Below are positions 1-9,163 of a stretch of DNA of 37,222 nt, piece by piece; position 1 is the stretch's first letter; every line of letters begins with the position of its first letter. The stretch is from positions 1-37,222 of the forward strand of contig CAVWCX010000013.1 of NCBI GenBank assembly GCA_963753595.1, in the 5' to 3' direction. Source of the DNA: Candidatus Methanoperedenaceae archaeon. GTDB lineage: Archaea; Halobacteriota; Methanosarcinia; Methanosarcinales; Methanoperedenaceae. A program made the position numbers and the translations under genes. The notes below the pieces were generated by a model, which had not been told where the DNA came from, did no database searches, and saw only the letters and a list, made by a program, of their open reading frames with translations.

Positions 1-2
1 TT

Positions 3-46
3 CGAAAAAATTAAATAGAATTATGTTATGTTTGAATGAACATAAT
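3..46 (+). promoter_or_regulatory. BRE/TATA promoter with an adjacent ModE-box-like palindrome
   Basis: CGAAAAAA followed by TTAAATA (11-17), then GTTATGTT-N6-AACATAAT (25-46). The spacing matches the ModE consensus TATATA-N6-TATATA, and the site lies upstream of Mo/W genes that include a modE-like gene. Confidence 0.55.
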
Positions 47-81
47 GAAATTCAACTAATTTGAATCGAGGTGAAAAAAAC

Positions 82-200
82 ATGAAAATAAACCATTTGA
101 TAACGATTTTTTTAATTACCCCAGTTGTAGCGCAGCATCAGTCTGCCTATCAGAAAAATTAAATGAGTGTGTCGCCATAAGAAGAGAATCACATAAATAA
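82..200 (+). pseudogene. Possible degraded 5' end of a lipoprotein (substrate-binding protein) gene
   Basis: SD GAGGTG at 68-73 and ATG at 82. MKINHLITIFLITPVV stops at 162; a shifted frame from 129 reads SAASVCLSEK (lipobox-like Cys) and stops at 200. Confidence 0.3.
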
Positions 201-255
201 ACAATACGAGTATCATTAAAAAAATCTGCTATACATATAATAAAGGAATGAGAAT

Positions 256-1428
256 GTGAAAACAATAACGACCCCTAAAGAAGCGCTTGAAAAAATAAGG
301 CAGCTTAAAAGCACATATTATTTCAGGCGCGGATCAGAACATGTTTCCCTTCCTGACTCCGTAGGCAGGGAACTCAGTGAAGATATTGTCGCAGATTACA
401 TGTCTCCAGCATTCGATATTGCTGCCATGGACGGATTTGCTGTCCATAGCGAAGATGTTTATCCCCTTAAAATATCGGGCAGTGTATATGCAGGTGATCA
501 AAGAGCAGAAATAAAGAGAGGTGAAGTGCTGGCAATAGCTACAGGGGCAATACTCCCGGAAGGTGCGGATGCTGTGCTGAAAATTGAGGAGGCAGAGGTC
601 AAAAAGGATCTCCTATATGGAAAAAATCTAATGAAGTGGGAAAATGTATTCAGAAAAGGCTCGGATTACCATGCAGGTGACAGGATATTTGAGAAAAATC
701 ACCGCATAATGCCCCAGAGCGCTGCGCTTTTATACAGCCTTGGTGTCGAAAAAGTCCCTGTATATAAAAAGATCAGAGCTGGCATAATATCCACTGGCAC
801 TGAAATTTTTAACGGCATGATAAAAAATACAAGCTCGGTGCTGATACAGGGATTTATGAAAGAAATGGGATGTGAATCTACCTTTGCGGGGGCAGTTCCC
901 GATGATTATGATAAAACAAAGAATATGCTGCTCGAAGCCTGCGAAAAATACGATGTAGTATTTACAACAGGCGGCGTATCAGTTGGAGAGCGCGACTTTG
1001 TCGCTGACATCATTACAGAGGTAGGAGAACTTTCATTTCACAGAGTTGCTATCAGACCGGGGAAACCCATTGCTGTCGGCATTGTGAATGATACACCTGT
1101 ATTTTCACTTCCTGGCAAACCAACAGGCGCTTTCACTGCTCTTGAGATAATAGTGCGAAGCTATTTTACGGATATCCCAAGGGCAACGCAGAAGCTTATG
1201 ATAAATGAGGATGTTATGCTCCCGGAAAAAGATTTTGAATACATCCTTTTCGTACAGATAGTAAATAATACAGCAACCGCCATTGGCAGACAGATGAAGT
1301 TGTTTGAAAGGGAATATAAGACAGCACTCATTTCAGCATCTCCTCGTTCTGCTGTTGTTGAAGGGTATGTAATAACAAACAGGGATATTGAAAAAGGTGA
1401 ACTGGTAAATGTATATATTTTCAATTGA
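256..1428 (+). CDS. moeA: Molybdopterin molybdenumtransferase MoeA
   Basis: Motifs AAMDGFAV, IATGAILPEGADAV, TTGGVSVG, IRPGKP and SLPGKP. Confidence 0.92.
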   Translation: MKTITTPKEALEKIRQLKSTYYFRRGSEHVSLPDSVGRELSEDIVADYMSPAFDIAAMDGFAVHSEDVYPLKISGSVYAGDQRAEIKRGEVLAIATGAILPEGADAVLKIEEAEVKKDLLYGKNLMKWENVFRKGSDYHAGDRIFEKNHRIMPQSAALLYSLGVEKVPVYKKIRAGIISTGTEIFNGMIKNTSSVLIQGFMKEMGCESTFAGAVPDDYDKTKNMLLEACEKYDVVFTTGGVSVGERDFVADIITEVGELSFHRVAIRPGKPIAVGIVNDTPVFSLPGKPTGAFTALEIIVRSYFTDIPRATQKLMINEDVMLPEKDFEYILFVQIVNNTATAIGRQMKLFEREYKTALISASPRSAVVEGYVITNRDIEKGELVNVYIFN

Positions 1429-1439
1429 TAGAAATATGA

Positions 1440-2195
1440 ATGAAAAAGAAGAGGCTGGGCATGAGCACCGCTGACTTTCTGGTTCAGGGTATCATAAAAG
1501 CATTCGAACTAATATTCAGTCTGAATCCTTATATTATGAGTATAACAGGGGTATCCATACAGGTTTCTGGCACGGCGACTACCCTTGCGACTCTGACGGC
1601 AATTCCCCTTGCGTTCGTAATATCCTTTATGAAGTTTCGGGGTAAACAGGCGCTCATAACGCTTATTAATACAGGGATGGGATTGCCCCCGGTTTTTGTA
1701 GGTCTTTTTGTTTTTTTAATGATCGTGCCTGTCGGGCCTTTAGGATTCCTGAATATAGTTTATACAAAAGAAGCAATGATACTTGCCCAGTATATTCTTA
1801 TCACCCCGATAATTACTGGCATTTCTCTTGCAGCAATAAAAGCGGTCCCTAAATTAATAATAGAGACTGTATATACTCTTGGCGGCACGCAGAAAGATGC
1901 AGCTGTTGCGACATTAAAAGAAGCAAGATTCGGCATAATCACAGCAGTACTTGCAGGACTTGGAAGGGCGCTTGCGGAAGTGGGAGCAATTCTCATTGTA
2001 GGCGGCAACATTGCCCGTACAGGAAGCGTGGGTGGAATAGGTGAAGGGCTTTCTGAGACCCGCACACTTACGACTGCGATCACATCGGAAACGAGTAAAG
2101 GTGATATCTCAACATCGATCGCTCTTGGAATTATCCTGATCTGCCTTGTTCTCTCTGTGAATATACTGGCTAACTATTTCCAGAGGAGGGATTGA
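1440..2195 (+). CDS. tupB: Tungstate/molybdate ABC transporter permease (TupB-like)
   Basis: Multi-TM protein with NTGMGLPPVFVGL, GRALAEVGAILIVGGNI and TRTLTTAI. An alternative start exists at 1461. Confidence 0.85.
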   Translation: MKKKRLGMSTADFLVQGIIKAFELIFSLNPYIMSITGVSIQVSGTATTLATLTAIPLAFVISFMKFRGKQALITLINTGMGLPPVFVGLFVFLMIVPVGPLGFLNIVYTKEAMILAQYILITPIITGISLAAIKAVPKLIIETVYTLGGTQKDAAVATLKEARFGIITAVLAGLGRALAEVGAILIVGGNIARTGSVGGIGEGLSETRTLTTAITSETSKGDISTSIALGIILICLVLSVNILANYFQRRD

Positions 2196-2924
2196 ATGGA
2201 GGAATTGTACCGAATAGAAAACCTGGGTAAATCCTTTGGAAATAAAAAAGTATTACAAAATATCAACCTAAATATTTTCAAAGGGGAGATATTTGCTTTC
2301 ATGGGGCCGAGCGGAGTTGGGAAAACCACACTGCTGCGGCTATTGAATCTGTTGGAGATGCCCACTACCGGCAAACTTATTTTTGACGGGAATGATAATG
2401 CAACATTGCAGAAAAATAACGTTATGCGAAGGATGTCAATGCTCTTTCAAAGACCTGCGATATTTAACACATCGGTCTTTAATAATGTAGCTTATGGACT
2501 GGAGATACGCAAAGTGGATAAGAAAACAATAGAAAAAAAAGTGATCGATGCCCTGGCTATTGTGGGACTTGCAGGTTGTGAGAAACAGAAAGGCCTTACC
2601 CTTTCAGGGGGTGAGGCCCAGCGTATGGCTTTTGCGAGGGCTATTGTCTTTAAACCTGATGTCCTTCTTCTTGATGAGCCGACAGCTAATCTTGATCCGG
2701 CTAATGTTGCGAAAATAGAAGATATAATACGAAAGATCAAAAGCGAGCTTGGCACTACGATCATCCTTGCGTCACATAATATCCATCAGGTGCGCCGCCT
2801 TGCTGACAGGGCAGGCATCCTGTTGAACGGAGAATTGATCGAAGTTAACACTAAAGAGCAGATATTCACACACCCGTTTGACGCAAGGTCTTATGCATTT
2901 ATAAATGGAGAGATTATATATTGA
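2196..2924 (+). CDS. tupC: ABC transporter ATP-binding subunit (TupC-like)
   Basis: Walker A GPSGVGKT, signature LSGGEAQR, Walker B LLLDEPT; directly follows the permease. Confidence 0.85.
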   Translation: MEELYRIENLGKSFGNKKVLQNINLNIFKGEIFAFMGPSGVGKTTLLRLLNLLEMPTTGKLIFDGNDNATLQKNNVMRRMSMLFQRPAIFNTSVFNNVAYGLEIRKVDKKTIEKKVIDALAIVGLAGCEKQKGLTLSGGEAQRMAFARAIVFKPDVLLLDEPTANLDPANVAKIEDIIRKIKSELGTTIILASHNIHQVRRLADRAGILLNGELIEVNTKEQIFTHPFDARSYAFINGEIIY

Positions 2925-2951
2925 TGGAACTTACTTAAAATCAAGGTCGCA

Positions 2952-3497
2952 ATGGAAAGAACACAGGTTAAGACAAAATTATGGCTTGTAAATGACAAAG
3001 ATGAGCCCATAATGGGTGGGGGAAAAGTATCTTTACTTGAAGCTATTAAAGAGGAGGGTTCACTTAACAAAGCATGCAAAAAAGTCGATATATCCTATAA
3101 GCATGCATGGCTCCTCCTGAGAGAAATTGAAGAAAGCGTGGGAGAACCCGTAATAATAAAAAGACGGGGTGGAAAAGACCAGGGCACATTTTTAACAGAA
3201 AAGGCAATAAACTTAATAGATGAATATGTTACATATCAAAATATCCTTGCTGAAACAATCTATGATAAAACTTTCTGGGAGGTGATCGGATTGAAAATAT
3301 CTGCAAGAAACCAGATGAAAGGAAAAGTACTGGAAATCGAAAAGGGGGACCTTGTGACAAAGGTAAAGATCCAGATAGAACCTGCAACGATAACTGCGGT
3401 TATCACAACTGAAGCTGTCGAATCCCTCGATATCAAGAAAAATGATAAAGTGATGGCTATAGTAAAAGCAACAGAAGTTATGATCGGAAAGGAATGA
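2952..3497 (+). CDS. modE: ModE-family regulator (winged HTH plus TOBE/Mop domain)
   Basis: N-terminal GSLNKACKKVDISYKHAW...RRGG; C-terminal ISARNQMKGKV...AIVKATEV. Confidence 0.85.
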   Translation: MERTQVKTKLWLVNDKDEPIMGGGKVSLLEAIKEEGSLNKACKKVDISYKHAWLLLREIEESVGEPVIIKRRGGKDQGTFLTEKAINLIDEYVTYQNILAETIYDKTFWEVIGLKISARNQMKGKVLEIEKGDLVTKVKIQIEPATITAVITTEAVESLDIKKNDKVMAIVKATEVMIGKE

Positions 3498-3540
3498 TTT
3501 TTTTTCATTGGTTCCCATAAAAAGAGAAAATCATGTGGAG

Positions 3541-4194
3541 CTAATTCAACTCCACCCGTTCTCCTGTTAACATAAAAACAACGCTTTCACACAGATTCGT
3601 TATGTGATCCCCTATCCTCTCAAGATACCTTGCAACAAAAGTCAGATGCTGTGAGCCGGTTATCTTTTTTGGATCCTCGATCATAATTGTAATAAGTTCC
3701 CTTCTAATCTGGTCAAACAGGGCATCGATCTCATCATCTCTTTTGGCGGTCTTTCTTGCAAGCTCCACATCCTTATTTTCAAAGGCGTTCATGCAATCCC
3801 TGATCATTTCCTGGCATATCTCTGTCATTCTTGGTAAATCGACCAGCGGTTTTACAAGAGGCACATTTGCAGTCATTTTCGTAATAGCCGCTATCTCTAA
3901 AGAAAGGTCTCCCATACGTTCAAGGTCAATAGACATTTTTAATACTGAGATTATAAGCCTCAAGTCCCTTGCCATAGGCTGCTGGAGAGCAAGAAGGCGC
4001 ATACAGTTATCCTCAATCTCGCGATCAAGAGCATCTATCTCCCTGTCCATGTCAATGACTTTCTGAGCCATCTCCACATCACGATTTTTAAGAGAAAGTA
4101 CAGAATTCCCTATTGCCTTTATGACAAGATTTCCCATGTTAAGTATTTCTTCCTTCAACCTGTGAAGGTCTTTGTGATACGCTTCCCGAACCAT
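3541..4194 (-). CDS. phoU: Phosphate transport regulator PhoU
   Basis: LLALQQPMARDLR, DLERMGD and YLERIGDH motifs. ATG at 4194 directly after pstB is preferred over the track start at 4203. Confidence 0.95.
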   Translation of the reverse strand: MVREAYHKDLHRLKEEILNMGNLVIKAIGNSVLSLKNRDVEMAQKVIDMDREIDALDREIEDNCMRLLALQQPMARDLRLIISVLKMSIDLERMGDLSLEIAAITKMTANVPLVKPLVDLPRMTEICQEMIRDCMNAFENKDVELARKTAKRDDEIDALFDQIRRELITIMIEDPKKITGSQHLTFVARYLERIGDHITNLCESVVFMLTGERVELN

Positions 4195-4195
4195 A

Positions 4196-4954
4196 TTATC
4201 CAAATCTCCCGACTATGTAATCTTCCGTGCTCTTCTCCTTTGGCTTTTTAAATATCCGGTTTGTTTCTCCAAACTCTATCAGCTTTCCGTATAGAAAGAA
4301 AGCCGTATGATCGCTTACTCTTGCAGCCTGCTGCATATTATGTGTTACTATGACAAGGGTATATTTTTCCTTAAGTTCCATCATCAGGTCTTCTATTTTG
4401 CTGGTGGATATAGGGTCAAGGGCTGAGCAGGGTTCATCAAAAAGGATAACATCCGGCTCAACAGCTAATGCCCTTGCTATGCACAGGCGCTGCTGCTGGC
4501 CGCCGGATAAACTCGCGCCGGATTTGTTCAGGTCATTCTTAACCTCATCCCAGAGAGCGGCCTTTTTTAAGCTCTCTTCGGCGATAGAATCGAGCTTCTT
4601 TTTGTCCTTTACGCCGCTCAGTTTCAATCCAGCCACAACATTGTCTCGTATGGACATTGTCGGAAATGGATTGGGCTTCTGGAATACCATACCAATGCGT
4701 CTTCTGATATCCACAGGGTCAATATCGCTATCATAGATATCCATGTCATCGACCAGGACTTTCCCCTCTACTCTTGCTTTAGATACGACTTCATGCATCC
4801 TATTGATACATCGGATGAATGTAGATTTCCCGCATCCTGAAGGGCCGATGATCGCGGTTATCCCGTTTTTCTCAATACCAAGATTGATCTCAAATAATAC
4901 CTGCTTTGGTCCGAACCATGCATTGAGATTTTCTATTGTGATCTTATTCTGCAT
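4196..4954 (-). CDS. pstB: Phosphate ABC transporter ATPase PstB
   Basis: [40 protein letters not shown] and a C-terminal YIVGRFG. Confidence 0.97.
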   Translation of the reverse strand: MQNKITIENLNAWFGPKQVLFEINLGIEKNGITAIIGPSGCGKSTFIRCINRMHEVVSKARVEGKVLVDDMDIYDSDIDPVDIRRRIGMVFQKPNPFPTMSIRDNVVAGLKLSGVKDKKKLDSIAEESLKKAALWDEVKNDLNKSGASLSGGQQQRLCIARALAVEPDVILFDEPCSALDPISTSKIEDLMMELKEKYTLVIVTHNMQQAARVSDHTAFFLYGKLIEFGETNRIFKKPKEKSTEDYIVGRFG

Positions 4955-5794
4955 TTATGCTCCTCCGTATTTTCTTTTAGTTGCGACCCTCACTCCAATA
5001 TTTAAGATTAAAATCAGAATTATTAGTACAAGAGCCCCTGCCCACGCTTTAGCATGCCAGTCAGGAAAGGGCGTTATCGCATATGTATAGATCTGCACTG
5101 GCATTGTGGATATCGGCTTATCCAAACCGTTAGCCCAGAACATATTGCCAAAAGAAGTAAACAAAAGAGGCGCGGTCTCACCTGATATTCTTGCAATTGA
5201 AAGTAACGCGCCTGTGATTATGCCGCTTCTTCCAGTGCTTATAACAATGTATAATGTTGTTTTCCACTTCGGTATTCCTAATGCCAGGGATGCTTCTTTG
5301 ATCGATCCTGGCACGAGCCTGAGGGATTCTTCAGTTGTCCTTGTAACGATCGGGATCATCAATACTGACAGCGCTACCCCGCCTGCAATTGCTGAAAAGC
5401 TCCCGAAATAAAGGACGATGAAAGTATAACCGAATATGCCGGCTACTATGGATGGTGTTCCGGTGAGAACGTCAGCAACAAAACTTACAAATCGTCCAAA
5501 CCTGTTATCGCCATATTCTGAAAGATAAACTCCGGATAAGATACCCACAGGGAGCCCGATCAGGCAGGCGATGCCCACAACGATGAACGTCCCCTGGATC
5601 GCATTTCCAAGTCCGCCTCCCGTTTCACCCACAGGTCTGGGGAGCTGTGTAAGAAAATCCAGGTTTATGGCCGATACCCCATTGATCGTTACCGTATAGA
5701 GGATACTCAGCAATGGGATTACGGCGATAAAAACGCAGGCAGCAGCAAGGCAGGACATGATCCGGTCAATTAATTTCCTTTTATTCCATTTCAT
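4955..5794 (-). CDS. pstA: Phosphate ABC transporter permease PstA
   Basis: PSIVAGIFG, EASLALG and ARISGETAPLLFT. Confidence 0.95.
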   Translation of the reverse strand: MKWNKRKLIDRIMSCLAAACVFIAVIPLLSILYTVTINGVSAINLDFLTQLPRPVGETGGGLGNAIQGTFIVVGIACLIGLPVGILSGVYLSEYGDNRFGRFVSFVADVLTGTPSIVAGIFGYTFIVLYFGSFSAIAGGVALSVLMIPIVTRTTEESLRLVPGSIKEASLALGIPKWKTTLYIVISTGRSGIITGALLSIARISGETAPLLFTSFGNMFWANGLDKPISTMPVQIYTYAITPFPDWHAKAWAGALVLIILILILNIGVRVATKRKYGGA

Positions 5795-6741
5795 GCTCTT
5801 CCCCCTTCTACTTTGAACAGCCTTGACACCAGAACCCTTGCTGCTATATTGATCATTACAGAGATCACCAGGAGTAAAAATCCTATTTCGATAAGAGACG
5901 AGACATAAAGATTTGAGGTTGCCTCCACGAACTCATTGGCGATAACCGAGGCCATAGTATATGATGGCGCAAAAAGCGACTCCGATATCCGCGGGCTATT
6001 CCCTATCACCATGGTGACTGCCATTGTTTCACCGATCGCACGCCCAAAACCAAGAATTACTGCCCCTACTATCCCTGACCTGGCATAGGGCAGAACAGCC
6101 ATCCTTGTGGTCTCCCAATCAGTCGCTCCAAGAGCGAGCGCCCCTTCTGTTTGTTGGGCGGGCACGGTCATTATGGCCTCTTTTGATACCGATGAAGTAA
6201 TTGGGATGATCATGATTGCAAGTATTACGCCGCCAGTGAGCATGGATAATCCATACATCGGCCCCTGGAATAGAGGCAGAAAACCAAGGTATGTTGAAAG
6301 GGGCGGCGCAAGATAGTCGCGGATAAATGGGGCAAGAATGAATATTCCCCAGAGGCCGATTATGACACTGGGAATTGCTGCCAGTAATTCTATAACGAAA
6401 GAAATCGGGGTCTTGAGTTTTTCAGGTGCAAGTAGGGAGAGGTATATCGCTATCCCAAGACTGAATGGGACGGCAATGAGGAGGGCAAGGAATGATGAAA
6501 CCACAGTCCCGATGATAAAAGGAAGGGCGCCAAATATCTCTTTAACCGGATCCCAGGTCGATGTTCCCAGGAAACTTACTCCAAAAGTGTCTCTTGAAAG
6601 TCCTGATCCAAGAAAAAGCTCCCTGAATAATAAAAATGCAAGAGCAATTATACAAAGAGCAAAGAATCCGACCACAGCTTCAAAAATATGATCCCCGGAG
6701 AATTTTCTCCGGTCAAAAAAAGAGAATTTTGACTTACTCAT
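5791..6741 (-). CDS. pstC: Phosphate ABC transporter permease PstC
   Basis: ELLAAIPSVIIGLWG and GRAIGETMAVTMVIGN. Confidence 0.95.
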   Translation of the reverse strand: MSKSKFSFFDRRKFSGDHIFEAVVGFFALCIIALAFLLFRELFLGSGLSRDTFGVSFLGTSTWDPVKEIFGALPFIIGTVVSSFLALLIAVPFSLGIAIYLSLLAPEKLKTPISFVIELLAAIPSVIIGLWGIFILAPFIRDYLAPPLSTYLGFLPLFQGPMYGLSMLTGGVILAIMIIPITSSVSKEAIMTVPAQQTEGALALGATDWETTRMAVLPYARSGIVGAVILGFGRAIGETMAVTMVIGNSPRISESLFAPSYTMASVIANEFVEATSNLYVSSLIEIGFLLLVISVMINIAARVLVSRLFKVEGGRA

Positions 6742-6745
6742 CCTT

Positions 6746-7864
6746 CTAACCCTGAATAAGTAGTTGACCTTTATAATTCATAAGTTTTATTGTTTTTTCA
6801 TTCAGTTTTTTGACCTCATCTGGCAATGGCACATAAAGAAGTCCGGAAGAATATTCCTGGCCATCATGCACTGCCCACCAGAGAAATTCTGCGAGCATCT
6901 TACCTTTTGCCTGGTCTACCTGGTCTTTGTAGACCAGAAGATAGGTAAAGCTGGCTATTGGATACGAATTATTACCATTTGTATCCACAATACTGACAGA
7001 AGACCAGCTTGCATCACCAGCAGGAAGAGCTGACACAGCTCCAGCCGCCGCACTTGCAGTTGTAGTAAGTGTGGGTTCTATGAAATTCCCTGCTTTGTTC
7101 TTTATAGAAGCATAGGGAATGTCCTGGAGTTTAGCATAGGCAAGTTCGATATAACCGATGGTATAAGGATTCTGGTTCAAAAGACCTGAGACTCCCTCAT
7201 TGCCTTTTCCGCCAAGACCAACTGGCCAGTTGACTGATTTACCTTTTCCAACGTTTGATTTCCAGTCAGGACTGACAACGGATAGATAATCTGTGAATAC
7301 GAATGTTGTGCCGCTTCCATCACTCCTGTGCGCCACGATAATATCTTTTTCCGGGAACTGGATGCCAGGGTTAAGGGAGGTGATCTTCGGATCATTCCAT
7401 TTTGTTATTTTTCCAAGGAAAATATCCGCGACCACATCGCCGCTCAATTTCACTCCCTTCTGTATTCCAGGAAGGTTGTACGCTACAACCACTGCACCTA
7501 TAGACTCAGGTATCTGGAGTATTCCAGAGACATTGGCATATTCCTGTTCCGAGAGGGGCGCATCACTTGCCCCAAAATCAACAGTTCTTGCATCTATTTG
7601 CTTTATACCTGCACCGCTTCCCACGCTCTGGTAATTGATCTGGACTTTTGGATTTATTTTGTTATATTCCGAACTCCATTTTGAAATCAACGGATATGGA
7701 AATGTTGCTCCTGCGCCGTTCAAGGTTACTGTCTCATTGACTTTCGAAGGCTGTACTGTTGTTCCGGGCTGTACTTCTGTGGGCTGTTTGCTTACGCATC
7801 CAGCTAACAGCACACCTGTGACAATTAGAATTATAACTATTTTCAATTTCATTTTGTTTATCAC
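6746..7864 (-). CDS. pstS: Phosphate-binding lipoprotein PstS
   Basis: Lipobox LLAGC, GAGATFPYP, GSGAG, DFGASD and RSDGSGTT. Start is GTG 7864 or ATG 7852. Confidence 0.96.
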   Translation of the reverse strand: MINKMKLKIVIILIVTGVLLAGCVSKQPTEVQPGTTVQPSKVNETVTLNGAGATFPYPLISKWSSEYNKINPKVQINYQSVGSGAGIKQIDARTVDFGASDAPLSEQEYANVSGILQIPESIGAVVVAYNLPGIQKGVKLSGDVVADIFLGKITKWNDPKITSLNPGIQFPEKDIIVAHRSDGSGTTFVFTDYLSVVSPDWKSNVGKGKSVNWPVGLGGKGNEGVSGLLNQNPYTIGYIELAYAKLQDIPYASIKNKAGNFIEPTLTTTASAAAGAVSALPAGDASWSSVSIVDTNGNNSYPIASFTYLLVYKDQVDQAKGKMLAEFLWWAVHDGQEYSSGLLYVPLPDEVKKLNEKTIKLMNYKGQLLIQG

Positions 7865-7907
7865 TCAGTTTGATTTTAGTACCTGATAGTATATACTTTT
7901 TCTAAAT

Positions 7908-7937
7908 AATCTATATATGCTATATAAAATCAGTATA
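7908..7937 (-). promoter_or_regulatory. pstS promoter with conserved 30-nt motif (copy A)
   Basis: Minus strand reads TATACTG-ATTTTATATAG-CATATATAGATT; 27/30 identical to 8955-8984. Confidence 0.6.
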
Positions 7938-8162
7938 ATAGGGGTGTGAAATAATATAAGCAAAAAACTTTAAAAATAAGAATATGGGATAAATCAAAGA
8001 TCATAGTAGTCAAGAACTAATGGTCAAGAACAATTTATTTTACATATATCGTTATCACTTTGCGATCTTTGCGTCCTTTGTGGCCTATGATTTTTGTTCC
8101 CGCAAAGTCGGACGATAACTGTGGTTCATAAATGAACATGAAAAAACAACGAACTAATACAA

Positions 8163-8198
8163 ACTGAAACGAACTCCTGTAGCTGAGTTCGTTTCAGT
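8163..8198. repeat. Perfect 14-bp inverted repeat (terminator or REP-like hairpin)
   Basis: ACTGAAACGAACTC, 8-nt loop, GAGTTCGTTTCAGT; about 35 nt downstream of the psiE-like stop. Confidence 0.75.
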
Positions 8199-8233
8199 CG
8201 TACGAGTTGCAAAAATCACTCACTACAAAGCGT

Positions 8234-8683
8234 TTATCCAGATATATTTAAAATATCAGGCGCTTGACTATCTCCATTAAACTTTTCGGGGGAGTACCTG
8301 ACAGCCAGCACCCTTAATATTCCCAGGACCAGCATCAATGATGAGAGGGCAAAAAGCATTTGATATCCAAACGATTGGGAATATAGCCCAACCGTTATCT
8401 CACGCATGACAATTAAAATAGTGGCATCGGTTATGTAAGTGAGCTTGATTCGTTCGTGTTTTGAATAATCAGCAAATGTTTTGAAGAACTCGATCACAAT
8501 AAAAAGAGATAAAACGCTGGCTACTATTTGTCGAAAACCACCTTCAAGAGAATCTACTGCAACAAAGCGTATATCAAGCAGGATCCTTAACATCCCTGCT
8601 ATGAGCGCCACCAGCAATATATACAGGGTAATTGTAACAATTGAATCTGTGACTTTTTTAAAAAAATTTGTGTGGTCTATCAT
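8234..8683 (-). CDS. PsiE-family (phosphate-starvation-inducible E-like) membrane protein
   Basis: Four TM segments with VLSLFIVIEFFKT and ITDATILIVMREI, next to the pst operon. Probable ATG at 8683 (track start 8731). Confidence 0.75.
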   Translation of the reverse strand: MIDHTNFFKKVTDSIVTITLYILLVALIAGMLRILLDIRFVAVDSLEGGFRQIVASVLSLFIVIEFFKTFADYSKHERIKLTYITDATILIVMREITVGLYSQSFGYQMLFALSSLMLVLGILRVLAVRYSPEKFNGDSQAPDILNISG

Positions 8684-8763
8684 TTCAATACCATCCAGAG
8701 AGCTAATATGAAAAGAAGCGTTATTAAACAAATTTCTATTTTGTTAATGCCCTGCATTCTCAT
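8680..8763 (-). CDS. Putative 27-aa single-TM small protein
   Basis: MRMQGINKIEICLITLLFILALWMVLK; its stop overlaps the psiE-like ATG (ATGA). Confidence 0.4.
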   Translation of the reverse strand: MRMQGINKIEICLITLLFILALWMVLK

Positions 8764-8769
8764 TCGCCC

Positions 8770-8910
8770 TCATTTAGCTGTAAATCCGCCGCGCAGGAAT
8801 AGATACAGCTCCTGGTCTTCTTTATTCATTTCTTTAAATTCCTCTGTTAGCGAATAATGTTGTATTGGAAATGTTTTTTTTATTATTTCCTTTTCTATCA
8901 TTTCTTTCAT
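8770..8910 (-). CDS. Putative 46-aa small protein
   Basis: MKEMIEKEIIKKTFPIQHYSLTEEFKEMNKEDQELYLFLRGGFTAK; starts 45 nt from the conserved promoter motif and ends 6 nt before the next small ORF. Confidence 0.45.
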   Translation of the reverse strand: MKEMIEKEIIKKTFPIQHYSLTEEFKEMNKEDQELYLFLRGGFTAK

Positions 8911-8954
8911 CTCATTGAATATTCCTTTTATAAAAATATATATTTTATCCCAAG

Positions 8955-8984
8955 AATCTATATATGATATAAAATATCAGTATA
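8955..8984 (-). promoter_or_regulatory. Promoter of the small ORF/psiE unit with conserved 30-nt motif (copy B)
   Basis: AATCTATATATGATATAAAATATCAGTATA; 27/30 identical to the pstS upstream copy. Confidence 0.6.
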
Positions 8985-9163
8985 TTAAGGATAAATGACA
9001 TATATGGAAACAAGGAAAGTGTACGTTAGTGGTGGTTCAACCTATGTTGTTTCATAGCCAAAAAAAAGGGTTAAGAAGGCAAACTTAAAACCGTGAGATT
9101 CACTGCTACCCAATCCTTATATAGAATTTGACCCAATATTTGATTATGTAGTCGGTGGGCAAA

